Origin: Scyliorhinus canicula
Taxonomy: Eukaryota
Assembly (NCBI RefSeq): GCF_902713615.1
Contig: NC_052158.1
Coordinates: 20,456,546-20,520,545, forward strand
DNA: 64,000 bases
Direction of reading: 5' to 3'
A program made the translations under genes and the position numbers. Below are positions 1-11,709 of this stretch, one piece after another (position 1 is the stretch's first letter; every line of letters starts with the position of its first letter). Below the pieces are notes generated by a model, which searched no databases, had not been told where the DNA came from, and saw only the letters and a list, made by a program, of their open reading frames with translations.

Positions 1-224
1 GTCACCAAAGTGGTACATTATTGGGATACTGAGCATTTGTAAATACAGCATGTAAACTTGCCCATTAGTTATCCACTAAACAAAGCACGAAAAGTGAAGA
101 GTTTTCTTATTCAAGAGTAAGTCTGCTATTATTCGTAAAAAAAACAACTCTCTGGCACTGAAACATTACTTCTACAAGTGTGGAGTCTATTCCGTTATGT
201 TTCAATTCATGTTGACTACACCTA

Positions 225-470
225 ACTCTCTAAGTCTCCCTAACTCCCTCCCTATCCCTAACTCACTCTAATTCTCTATCTCTCCCTAATTTCTGCCTAT
301 TCATTCCGTAACCCCCTCACACTCATTCCTTAACTCTCCCAAATTCTTTCCATGCCAAACTCTCTCCCTCTCTCTAACTCCCTCTCTCTCATTCCCTTGT
401 TCTCTTTGCACTATTATTCCACCTATTTTCTCTATCAATGCCATCTTTCATTCCTATCTTTTTGATTTCT
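225..470. repeat. C/T-rich low-complexity tract (CTAACTC-like units)
   Basis: Composition. Confidence 0.6.
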
Positions 471-519
471 AAAATTTAGCAGATATAGAGTATGGAAATT
501 GTGAAGTTGTCCAATTTAA

Positions 520-742
520 AAAAAATAAATTTAGGAGTACCCAAATCATTTTTTCCAATTAAGGGGCAATTTAGCGGGGTCAATCCACCTACTCTGCACA
601 TCTTTGGGTTGTGGGGGCGAAACCCACGCAGACACGGGGAGAACGTGCAAATGCCACACGGACAGTGACCCAGAGCCAGGATCGAACCTGGGACGTCAGT
701 GCCGTGAGACTGCAGTGCTATCACTGCGCCACCGTGCTGCCC
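520..742 (-). mobile_element. HE1-like tRNA-derived SINE, short A/T-tailed subfamily
   Basis: GGGCAGCACGGTGGCGCAGTG head with pol III A/B boxes (GGTTCGATCC); ends AATTGGAAAAAATG...AAATT. Confidence 0.88.
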
Positions 743-793
743 TTGAAGTTGTCCATTTTGACCATAAAAAATGGAATAGCAGAATATTATTTT

Positions 794-1530
794 CATAGAA
801 TTTACAGTGCAGAAGGAGGCCATTCGGCCCATCGAGTCTGCATATGTCTATCCAATGACCATTTGAATGCTCTTGGTGTTGGCGAGTCCACTACTGTTGC
901 AGGCAGGGCATTCCACGCCATACTTCTTTCTGAGTAAAGAATCTACCTCTGACATCTGTCCTATATCTATCTCCCCTCAATTTAAAGCTATGTCCCCTCG
1001 TGCTAGACATCACCATCCGAGGAAAAAGGCTCTCACTGCCCACCCTATCTAATCCTCTGATCATCTTGTATGCCTCAATTAAGTCACCTCTTAACCTTCT
1101 CTCTAATGAAAACAGCCTCAAGTCCCTCAGCCTTAGCTCATAAGTTCTTCCCTCCATACCAGGCAACATCCTGGTAAATCTCCTCTGCATCCAATCCTTC
1201 CTATGATGCGGTGACCAGAACTGCACACAATACTCCAAATGCGGCCGCACCAGAGTTTTGTACAACTGCAACATGACCTCATGGCTCCGAAACTCAATCC
1301 CTCTACTTATAAAAGCTAACACACCATCCGCCTTCTTAACAACCCTACCAACCTGGGTGGCAATTTTCCGGGATCTATGGACATGGACACCGAGATCTGT
1401 CTGCTCATCCACACTACCAAGAATCTTACCATGAGCCCAGTAGTCTGTCTTCCTGTTATTCCTTCCAAAATGAATCACCTCACACTTTTCTGCATTAAAC
1501 TCCATTTGCCACCTGTCAGCCCAGCTCTGC
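794..1530 (-). mobile_element. CR1 LINE 3' fragment (ORF2 C-terminus + tail)
   Basis: WADRWQMEFNAEKCEVIHFG, LYKTLVRPHLEYCVQFWSP, LFSLERRLRGDLIEAYK. Confidence 0.93.
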
Positions 1531-1994
1531 TCTCCCCGTTGAGAGAATCTGAAGGAATTGAAAACTGGGGGGCACAGTTTACAAAGCGGGCTGTGCCAAT
1601 ATAAGACGGAAGAGAAGGAATTTCTTGGCAGAGAATTCTCTTTCACCGAGAGCAGTGGAGCTGCATGGTTGAAGGCTGAGCTACACTGATTTTTGATTGG
1701 CAAGGAAGTTAAGGGTAATGGGAGGCAGGCACATGCGAGCAGTTGCGACCACAATCTAATGTGTTATGACCTTACTGAGTGGCAGAGCTGGCTCAATGTG
1801 CTGAATTGCCTACTTTGCTCCTATTCTCCTCTTATCAACTCAATATTCCAACAGACACTTCCTGGTTAGACCCTGTGCACTGCGATAACGATTTGCCAAT
1901 TTGATTGCTGAAGAGACGATTGCTTATCTGATTGTGGCTTTAGCTCCATTTTCCGAATTGTCGCACAGAACGTTTGGCTCTCCTTATAGATCTG

Positions 1995-2189
1995 GGGCTG
2001 GGTTCTCCACTCCCCCAGCCATAAGTTTCTTGGTGGTGCGACATTCGCCGGTGGCCGGATTCTATACTCCTGTCGCTCATCAATGGGATTTCCCATTGAA
2101 GCCGCTCTATGCTGCCGGGAAACCTGCAGGCATGGGGTGTGTGCTGCCAGCAGGAACAGAGAATCACAACAGCCAGAGAATTCCGGCCC
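1995..2189. mobile_element. Short Harbinger-type MITE
   Basis: GGGCTGGGTTCTCC / AGAGAATTCCGGCC; core CAATGGGATTTCCCATTG shared with 16512, 25057, 32236 copies. Confidence 0.7.
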
Positions 2190-2703
2190 AAGAGGTTTTG
2201 TCGAACTCAGCCTTTAACATCTTCAATGACTCAACCTCCACTGTGCAATGGGAAGAGAATTTCAAAGATTAACAGCCATTTTAAAAATATATTCTTTTAG
2301 GTGTTGCAGGCATCGCTGGCTCTCGGACAGCATTCCTTGCCCATCCTGAATTACCTCTGGAATCTGGTGGTGAGCTGCCTTCTTGAGCTGCCGCAGTCCA
2401 TGTGGTGCAGATACAGCATGCTGGAATTTTGAATTCTATTTGAGGGTGAGAAACTGGAGTCCCGCACTAGTGATCTGGAGTTAAACAAAGATAATGATGT
2501 CATCAGCATGAGGAAAGATTAGGACGGAGTGGACTGGGGCAGGATGACTAAAAGGGAGGACGGTTGATAAGCGGTGCCAGTTGTTTAAGGAGGTATTCAA
2601 TTCCTCCCAACAGAAAGGAAGAAAGATTGTCAGAGGGGGAGAAAATATTTATATCCAAGAAAGGAAGTCAAAGATAGCACAAAGACAAAAACAAAGGCAT
2701 ACC

Positions 2704-3296
2704 TGTTATGGGCCAGGGTTTAGAGAACCCCAAAGTGTATCATGGAGTTCACCTGACCCACAACTTTGAATAGATTGTGGTATAGGGAGCACATGGCCCA
2801 GTCTACAGGTGTGGTAGAGCAGAAATGGAAAAGTATTTTTTAAAGCAAAACAATGTTTATTCTATGAACTCAAGTTAACCTTTTTAAAACACATCTTAGC
2901 AACCATTAATTCAAATACAAACCCCAAAGAATACAACACTGAGTAATCCTTAATAACCTCCCAAACAACAACCAGAAGACAAAAGAAACACCTTTGAACA
3001 GAAGCACATTAGGTTTACATTCACTACTGAGAACATTTATAATTCTGAATTCACCAAATGATCAAGAGATAGTCTTTTCATGGCAGAGAGATCAACCGTA
3101 CACCCGCTCTGTCTGGCTTGAGCTCCAACACTGAAAACAAAACTAAAACACACCCTGCAGCAAACAGCCTAAAACAAAAGTAAAAAACTGACAGACAGCC
3201 CAGCTCCACCCACGAACTCTGACATCACTGATAATACTCATTTCTTAAAGGTACATTTCTTAAACACCCATTTCTTAAAGATACTCTCACATGACA
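2704..3296 (-). mobile_element. Solo LTR (593 bp)
   Basis: TG...CA ends, TACC 4-bp TSD; same family as 63315-63889. Confidence 0.9.
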
Positions 3297-4524
3297 TACC
3301 ATATTGCAAAGGCCAATGGCAGACTGGAAGATTGGGAAACGTTTAAAGATCAATAAAGGGTCACTAAAAAAGTGATAAAAAGAGCAAATATAAAATTTTG
3401 ACAGAAAACTAGTGCAAAATATAAAAAAGGATGGCAAAAGCTTCTGAAAGTATATAAAAGGGAAGAAAGTAACTAAATTGAACGTTGGCCTCTTGAGACG
3501 GTGGAGTTAATAGTGGGGAATCCAGAAATGTTGGTGATGCTCAATTAATATTTTGCTTCAGTTTTCACATTGGAGCACACGAGTACCACCCCGAAAGTAA
3601 CAGGTATTGCAGAGGTAATAGAAAGGGAGGGGCTTACAACAATCATCATCAATAAGGAAAAAGTAAGAAACAAACTATTGTGATTGAAGACGTCACCAGG
3701 CCCTGATGTCCTACATTCTGGGGTCTTAAAGGAAGTTGCCGGGGAGATAATGGATCCATCAGTTATAACATTCCAAAATTCCCTGGATGCGGGAAAGGTT
3801 CCAATGGATTGGAGAAATGCAAATGTAATGCCCTTATTCAAAAAGGGAGGGAGGCAGAATGTAGGAAACTTTACGCCAGTTAGTGTAACATCTGGCATTG
3901 CAAAATTGTTAGAATCCATTGTTAAAGAAGTAATAACAGGACATTTGGAAAGTCAAAACGCAATCCATCAGAGTCAGCGTGGGTACATGAAGGATAAATT
4001 GTGTTTGACTAATTTGTTGGGTTCTTTGAAAATGTAACAAGCCAAGTGGATGATGGACTTTCAGATGGCATTTGATAAGGTGCTGCACAAAAGGTAAATA
4101 CACAAGGTGAGATCACATGGGATTGGGGTAATCTATTAGCTTGGATAGAAGACTGGCTAAGCGATAGAAGGCAGAGGGTCAAGATGAATGGGTATTTTTC
4201 TGGTTGGCAAAATGTAACTAGTGGGGTGCCACAAGGTTCAGTCCTCGAGCCTCAACTATTTACAATTTATATTAATGACTTGGATGTAGGGATAGAAGGT
4301 ACTATAGCCAAATTTGCAGATGACACTAAAATAGGTGGGATAGTAAGCTGCAATTAGGAAATATGAAATTTACAAATTGATATAGATAGGTGAGGTGAGT
4401 GGTCGAGTTTAAAGTGGATAAGTGTGAAATAATTCATTTTGGTTATAAAAATGGAAAGGTAAGTTATTATCTAAATGGAGAGAGATCTCAAAGGTCTTTG
4501 GTGTAGAGGGATCTGGGTGAACTT

Positions 4525-4758
4525 TTTTTAATTATTTTTTTAAAATTTAGATTACCCAATTATTTTTTCCAATTAAGGGGTAATTTAGCGTGGCCAATCC
4601 ACCTACACTGCACATTTTTGGGTTGTGGGGGTGAAACTCACGCAGACACGGGGAGAATGTGCAAACTCCACACGGACAGTGACCCAGAGCCGGGATCGAA
4701 CCTGGGACCTCAGCGCCGTGAGGCGGTTGTGCTAACCACTAGGCCACCGTGCTGCCCC
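4525..4758 (-). mobile_element. HE1-like SINE (short subfamily)
   Basis: 16-bp TSD GGATCTGGGTGAACTT. Confidence 0.92.
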
Positions 4759-5168
4759 AGGATCTGGGTGAACTTGTGCATGAGTCATAGAAACTAGCAT
4801 GCAAGTACAGCAGGTAATAAGGAAGGCAAATTAAATTCTGGGCTTTATAGCGAAAGGAATAGAGTATAAAAGTAGTGAAGTGTTGCTCGAACTGCACAAG
4901 GCATTGGTGAGACCGCACCTGGAGTATTGTGCACAGTTTTGGTCCCCTTATTTGAGCAGAGATGTAGCTGCATTAGAGATAGTTCTGAGGAGGTTCACTA
5001 GATTGATTCCAGAAATGAGGGGTTAGTTAATGAAGAGAGATTGAGGAGTTTAGGCTGATACTTTATCGTGTTCAGAAGATTGAGGGGAGACCAAATTGAG
5101 GCATATAAGATGATAATTGGCATGGATAAAGTAGATGTAGAGCAGATGCTTCTACCTGTGGGGTGCCT

Positions 5169-5631
5169 TGTTATGCTCTTGGCGTAGCATAAGCTGCTTC
5201 CTTGATGTTCACTCTGACAAAGGAAGGTTCACACGTGGAGATAACTTCAACACATTTATTAAACTATTTACAATTCTCCTACTCAGATTCACCACAACTG
5301 TTAATCCTACTCAGACTGACGAACCAGTCTGCTACAATCCACGTGGTGGGTGTGATGTTGAATCAACCCTGTGTCTGTACTCACTGAGTGTCTCCACTGG
5401 AAAGAGGCAGATCATCTGTGTTGTGTCCTTTATATATGGGTTGGTGTAATGCCCCCCTGTGGTAGTGTCACCTCTGTGTGTATCATGAATGCCCATTGGT
5501 CATGTCCTATCTTACTGACCTATTGGTCGAGTGTCTGTGTGTCATGTCTCTGGTGCTCCCTCTAGTGTCTAGCTAGTCTACGTGTACTTACATTAACCCC
5601 TTGTGTAGCTACAGTGATGCATATCACCACA
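5169..5631 (-). mobile_element. Solo LTR (Gypsy-type)
   Basis: TG...CA ends, minus-strand TATAAA then AATAAA, interrupts CR1; no clean TSD seen. Confidence 0.7.
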
Positions 5632-5675
5632 TGGGCAACCGAGAAGCCAGTTTTACAAGAAGGGGTAACATATTT

Positions 5676-6015
5676 CATAGAATTTACAGTGCAGAAGGAG
5701 GCCATTCGGCCCATCGAGTCTGCACCGGCTCTTGGAAAGAGCACCCTACCCAAGGTCAACACCTCCCCCTATCCCAATAACCCAGTAACCCCACCCAACA
5801 CTAAGGGCAATTTTCGACACTAAGGGCAATTTATCATGGCCAATCCACCTAACCTGCACATCTTTGGACTGTGGGGAGAAACCGGAGCACCCGGAGGAAA
5901 CCCACGCACACATGGGGAGGATGTGCAGACTCTGCACAGACAGTGACCCAAACCGGAATTGAACCTGGGACTCTGGAGCTGTGAAGTCATTGTGCTATGT
6001 GCTACCGTGCTGCCC
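5676..6015 (-). mobile_element. HE1-like SINE with CR1-derived 3' tail
   Basis: tRNA head plus tail ...GACTCGATGGGCCGAATGGCCTCCTTCTGCACTGTAAATTCTATG shared with CR1 at 794. Confidence 0.9.
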
Positions 6016-6404
6016 ATTTAAAACAGAGTTGAGGAGAAATTACTTCTCTCAAAGGGATTGTGAATTTGTGGAACTCACTACCCCAGAATATAATGGATGC
6101 TGGGATATTGAGCAAATTTAAGGAGCAGGTAGACAGACTTTCAGTTGGTAATGGGTTGAAAGGTTATGGAGAATGGGCAGGTAAGTGGAGTTGAGGCTGG
6201 GGTGCGATTGGCCACGATCATATTGAATGGCAAAGCTGGCTCAAGGGGCTGAATTGCCTACTTCTGCTCCTGGGTTTTTAAGTTCTTCTTGAACTGCTTC
6301 AGTCCATGTGATGTAGGAACACCCAAGATGCTTTAGGGAGGGAATTGCAGGATTTTACAGGTTCGGGTGGTGAGACAGGAGATTCCTCCTTTCTCCATCT
6401 TTTT

Positions 6405-6571
6405 TTTTTATAAATTTAGAGTACCCAATTCTTTTTTCCAATTAAGGGGCAATTTAGAGTGTTCAATCTACCTACCCTGCACATCTTTGGGTTGTGGGGG
6501 TGAAACCCACGCAGACACGGGGAGAATGTGCAAACTCCACACGGACAGTAGCCCAGAGCCGGGATACGAAA
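6405..6571 (-). mobile_element. 5'-truncated HE1-like SINE
   Basis: 16-bp TSD CTTTCTCCATCTTTTT. Confidence 0.88.
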
Positions 6572-7379
6572 CTTTCTCCATCTTTTTATTGAAACTGTGC
6601 CCCTAGTTCTCGATTCCCACACATGGGGAAACATCCCTTCAGGGTCTACCCTGTGAATTTCCCTTTAGAACCTTCTGTACTTCAACAAGATGTTCTCTCT
6701 AACAATGATCGTCGTACCTCAACTAATTATCATTGGCCTTATGCACTCTGTAGTTCGTTCAGTGATTAATTAATGTGCTGCTGCAGCAATTACATGAAAC
6801 TCATAGTGAAGTTTAGGGCGTGGTCTGCAGACCATGCCACGCCTGAAAAGCAGCATGCCACGGTGCAGCATAGCCAGCACATGACGGGAGACCCCGCTCT
6901 CGCGAGACATCGCCCTGTGAAACCCGCTCATTGAGGGAAGGATCACGTTTTGGCACATCTAAATATGAGAGCAAGACAGCTAGTCTCACTCGAATATGCA
7001 GTTCCCTGAGGTAAACCAAGGAATTGGGATCTGTCCCCCGCACCTTAGAGACCTCGGGTGAGCGTCGTTCAGTGCTGGTTTCCACAAATGGGATCGGATG
7101 GAACAGCATTCGTGGGGGTCTCCCAAGGGATCAGAGATCGGCAGGTGCTTGCCTTTGGGGCAGGATGGCACCCTGGCACCACTGGTGCCTAGGCACAGCT
7201 GACAAGGGCACTGCCAGTGTGCCACGCTGCCTGTGCCAAGCTGGCAAATTTCACGAGGCAGTGATTGAGGGGGGGGGGGGTGTTTGGAATCCCGGAATCC
7301 CCTTATAGTGAGTTGTAGCTGGGGGAGGGGGGGGGGGGGGGGGGTCGTATCAGGAATTCAAGTGATCGGGACTCCCTCT

Positions 7380-7604
7380 AAAAATAAGATTTTTTAAAAA
7401 AAGTGTTAAAGTGGCAAATGTTTTTCCGATTAAGGGGCAATTTATCGTGGCCAAACCACCTACCCAGCACATTTTTTGGTTTGTGGGGTGGTGAGACCCA
7501 CGCAGGCACAGGGATAATGCGCAAACTCCACATAGACAGTGACCCGGTATCGAACTTGGAACCTCAGCGCTGTGAGGCAGCAGTGTTAACCACTGCGCCA
7601 CCAT
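7380..7604 (-). mobile_element. HE1-like SINE (short subfamily)
   Basis: Same head and body as 520-742. Confidence 0.8.
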
Positions 7605-7650
7605 AAAATTAAGAATTAAGAAGTGCAGAAATGGGGCTGACAGAGGCACG

Positions 7651-8373
7651 GGGCGCGATTCTCCCAAAACGGGAGAAATCGTAAAGCTGCCGTAAAACCC
7701 GGGCGGGTTTTACGGCAGCGCGCCCCTTCCCGACCGGGGACCGATTCTGGTCCCCGGTCGGGGCTAGCAGCCCGACGCCGTAGGCTCCGGCAAGACGGGC
7801 TTAACGAAAATCGTTAAGCCCGCTTGCCGGAGTTAGCGCCGGCTGACGCGTCATATGACGTCAGCCGCGCATGCGCAGTTTGGAAGGCTCCAACCCGTGC
7901 ATGCGCGGGTGACGTCATCGCGTTTTTGCGCGAAACCCGCGCATGCGCGGGCCGGGTTGCCCCTCAGCCGCCCCGCGAATGGATACTGCGGGGCGGCAGA
8001 AGGACAATTAGTGCGCGGGCATCGGGCCCGCTGCCTGCGATCGGTGCCCACCGATCGCGGGCCCATGGCACCCTTGGCACGGCCGTGGTACGGCCGTGCC
8101 AATCGGTGCCATGGTTATTAATAGCGAGTTTGTGACGCCGTTTTTACGAACGGCCAGACCAGGTGTGTTTGCTGTTCGTAAAAACGGCGGAAAGGGCTGG
8201 GACTTCGGCCTATCTAACAGCTGAGAATCGCTGCCGGCCGTAAAAAAACGGCGGCAGCGATTCGGGTCGGGACTTCGGCGGGGGGGTGGGAGAATAGCGG
8301 GAGGGCGGCAAAAATGTCGGGAAGGCCCTCCCGCTATTCTCCCACCCGTCGTGGGGGGCGGAGAATTTCGCCC
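7651..8373. mobile_element. Young PIF/Harbinger-type MITE
   Basis: TIR GGGCGCGATTCTCC / GGAGAATTTCGCCC, 3-bp TSD ACG, CpG-rich. Confidence 0.85.
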
Positions 8374-9100
8374 ACGGTGTCTAACTGGATGGGCGTTAGA
8401 TAGCGGGCTTTCTTAGCACTGCAAGCATTGGGGAACCCACGGCTAAACGTATTTCTGTTCCCATTTGGTTAGATCAGGCCCGAAACGTGAGATACCGGCC
8501 GGAATTCTCTGGCCGTTGGGATTCTATTTTCCCGCTTGCAGGCGAGGAACAGGTGGCTGGGGGATTGGAGAATCCCGTCTGCTGTTGTCAGAAGACTAAC
8601 AGTGGAAGGGGAATTTCATTCAGCAACGTGGAGTGAATCACAGTACGCAGCATATTCTTCCTCACCACTGGTTGCCGGTGATCAGCGCATTAATTATTCT
8701 GTGCTTTATAATAATAATAATCTTTATTGTCATAAGTACACACCGGGTAGGATCTTCCACAGCCCTAAGGCCTATTTTGCAGTTGCACAGGTAGCACGTC
8801 ATTGGCTGGCGGCGAAATCTTCCGGTTTCCCATTGTTCACACCCTCTGCCACCAGGCGCTCATGGTGAGGGTCGTAAAAATTCCAGCCACCTTTCACAAT
8901 ATTATTGAGCCATTAAAGTCAATTTTCTCCACAGATGCAGACTTACCTCGAATTTTCTGCTTTTTTTCAGATTTCCAGGATTTGCTTTCCAATCATTTAT
9001 TGTATGGTATGGTGGCAACAAGTGTTCTTTGAACTGCCCTTCTCCTTTGCAACTCGTGTCTTCAGGTGCTGCAGCAGAGGGCTTTATGGGAGACACCCTT

Positions 9101-9724
9101 GGGCAGATTGTTATGGTCTCTGCTGGGTGTTCTGCTGGGGGCTTGGAGGGGGGGGGGATGGTGGTGATATTATGTCTGTCAGATTGACAGCTGACCTTCC
9201 CATCACCTACCCGCTCCGGACTTGCCAAACGTTTTATGAGGGTTATGGGATAGGTGGACAATGCCTGGGTTGACCCGACTGTCCTCACCCTAAGTTAGGC
9301 CTATTAAGGCCAGATTCCTGTACAATTTTGAGGCTGACAGGATGAGATCAGGGGTGCGGAACGAAGGTGTTGAGCAGGGGTAATGTCTGGCAAGCTACTC
9401 TGCATGGCCTTCAAGAGGGAGCTGGGGACACCTCCCTCACAGGCCCTTCTCCTCAATTACAGGACCCCTTTCCCCCCAGCTCTGCCCTGTGCGTGTGTGT
9501 GTGTGCTCTCCTATGCCTTTGCATCCCAGCCCCCTCTCCCTCTTCTTCCCTCGGGCCTTCCCTCCTTTCCCCCTCAGTTGTAGTCCCAGCAATGGCCACT
9601 GCTCCTGGTGGCACTGTTGGGCTCCAGAGTTACTGGCCAAGCTTAATGGGCAGAAATCCAAGCTCCAGTTGGCCCCTTTGACTTTTTAGGTGGTGAGATT
9701 CCTGCCACCTGTAAAGTCCTGCCC
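9101..9724. mobile_element. Degenerate Harbinger-type MITE
   Basis: GGGCAGATTGTTA / TAAAGTCCTGCCC ends; CTT-like TSD. Confidence 0.5.
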
Positions 9725-9902
9725 TTATGCCTTAGAGCCATTGTTTTTGCAAGTTCAGACAGATCGTGACCTTTTGAATTTCACTGAAGGGAATTTTTTT
9801 CCCCCCAACCTGAAAGCCCACAATCATCATTTGAAAAGTGGCAAATGGCACTTCAGGTGGCGTCCAGGTACCAGGACAAAGTGAATACACAAGGAGAAGA
9901 TG

Positions 9903-10250
9903 GGGCGCCACGGTGGCACAGTGGTTTGCAGCACTGCCTCACAGCTTCAGGGTCCAGGGTTCAATTAGGCCTCGGTTGACTGTCTGTGTGGAGTCTGCAT
10001 GTTCTCCCCGTGTCTGCATGTTCTCCCCGTGTCTCCGTCGGTTTCCGCCTGGTGCTCTGGTTTCGTCCCACAGTCCAAAGATGTGCAGGTGAGGCGGATT
10101 GGCCATGATAAATTGCCGCTTAGTGTCCAAAAGGTTAGATGGGTTACGGGGACAGCGTGGAGACATGAGCTTAAGTCGGGAGCTCTTTCCAAGGGTCGGT
10201 GTAGACTCGATGGGCTGAATGGCTTCCCTGTGCACTGTAAATTATATGAC
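9903..10250 (+). mobile_element. HE1-like SINE with CR1 tail
   Basis: tRNA head, conserved body, CR1 tail. Confidence 0.8.
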
Positions 10251-10584
10251 ATGGACCAAATGAACAAGTGATTCCAGGATGTAGGCTGAACGTGAGGGCC
10301 GACATTCTGCATCCTGCCCACCACAGGAATGGGTGCGGACAAGATGGAAAATTTGATGGAGCAGCAAAAGCTCCATGACTTCTGCCGGGTGTTTCCATTG
10401 GGCAAGGACCGGAAAATCTGGAGGTGATTCCCAGGTTGTAAGATGGACGGAGTAGAGAGAATCACAGAATGCTTGCAGCACAAAAGGAGGCAATTTATCC
10501 CGATGTGACTCCGCAGGAACAACTCAGTTAGTCCCCACTCCCCCATAAAACCATAGAATTCCTACAGTGCAGAAGGAGGCCATT

Positions 10585-11226
10585 CATAAGAACATAAGAA
10601 CTAGGAGCAGGAGTAGGCCATCTGGCCCCTCGAGCCTGCTCCGCCATTCAATGAGATTATGGCTGATCTTTTGTGGACTCAGCTCCACTTTCCGGCCCGA
10701 ACACCATAACCCTTAATCCCTTTATTCTTCAAAAAACTATCTATCTTTACCTTAAAAACATTTAATGAAGGAGCCTCAACTGCTTCACTGGGCTGGGCAA
10801 GGAATTCCATAGATTCACAACCCTTTGGGTGAAGAAGTTCCTCCTAAACTCAGTCCTAAATCTACTTCCCCTTGTTTTGAGTCTATGCCCCCTAGTTCTG
10901 CTTTCACCCGCCAGTGGAAACAACCTGCCCACATCTATCCTATCTATTCCCTTCATAATTTTATGTTTCTATAAGATCCCCCCTCATCCTTCTAAATTCC
11001 AACGAGTACAGTCCCAGTCTACTCAACCTCTCCTCATAATCCAACCCCTTCAGCTCTGGGATTAACCTAGTGAATCTCCTCTGCACACCCTTCAGTGCCA
11101 GTACGTTCTTTCTTAAGTAAGGAGACCAAGACTGAACACAATTCCAGGTGTGGCCTCACTAACACCTTATACAATTGCAGCATAACCTCCCTAGTCTTAA
11201 ACTCTATCCCTCTGGCAATGAAGGAC
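10585..11226 (-). mobile_element. CR1 LINE 3' part (target of the Gypsy insertion)
   Basis: GIEFKTREVMLQLYKVLVRPHLE, RRNFFTQRVVNLWNSLP, TTCTTATG-type tail. Confidence 0.92.
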
Positions 11227-11512
11227 TGATGTACCATCAATTGAACGCGAAACGAGTTGCTGGACAAAAGTATGGCTTTAATCTGCTAGATGTTAGCCCT
11301 GCGGTCGATTACAGTATAAGGACGACCGCCGGGAGTACTGGGTATTTATACCCCGCCCTGGAGGCAGGGTTAACTCAGCCTCTCGAACAATCGGGGAGCC
11401 GTCACATGACTGGTCTCAACCAAACAGTCGAGAGGCACATGACCGACCAGGGCCAATGGCAAGTCGGTGTTCTGCACCAATGGCAGGCAGCTATGCTAAT
11501 CATACCACCACA
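11227..11512 (-). repeat. 3' LTR of Gypsy element
   Basis: Direct repeat of 14999-15284, preceded on the minus strand by polypurine tract AAGGGGTGAA (11522-11513). Confidence 0.97.
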
Positions 11513-11709
11513 TTCACCCCTTGCGGAGAAAGAAACGGGGGGGGGGGGGAGTCGTCAACGAGAGCTGTGGGGGGGGGGGGGGGGGGGAGAACTGGTGGTA
11601 TGAATAGTAAGGAGAGAAGGAAAAAAAAATGTATCCTTGGCTTCCCACTGGCCCAGATATTTAACAACAGTACATAGTGTCCATTCAAGGTCCATGGTGG
11701 TGTTGAAAG

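Larger units (their letters stand above)
2640..6290 (+). mobile_element. Old CR1 LINE (ORF2 RT to 3' tail) interrupted by two solo LTRs and two SINEs
   Basis: SPGPD, KVPMDWRNANVMPLFKKG, QGSVL, FADD and RPHLEYC motifs; boundaries approximate. Confidence 0.88.
6816..8481. mobile_element. Older Harbinger-type non-autonomous element hosting a SINE and a younger MITE
   Basis: Degenerate TIRs GGGCGTGGTCT / AGATCAGGCCC; TSD not preserved. Confidence 0.5.

Noticed and set aside
520-742. tRNA gene (A/B boxes, GGTTCGATCC)
   Set aside because: Head of a high-copy SINE, without a complete cloverleaf
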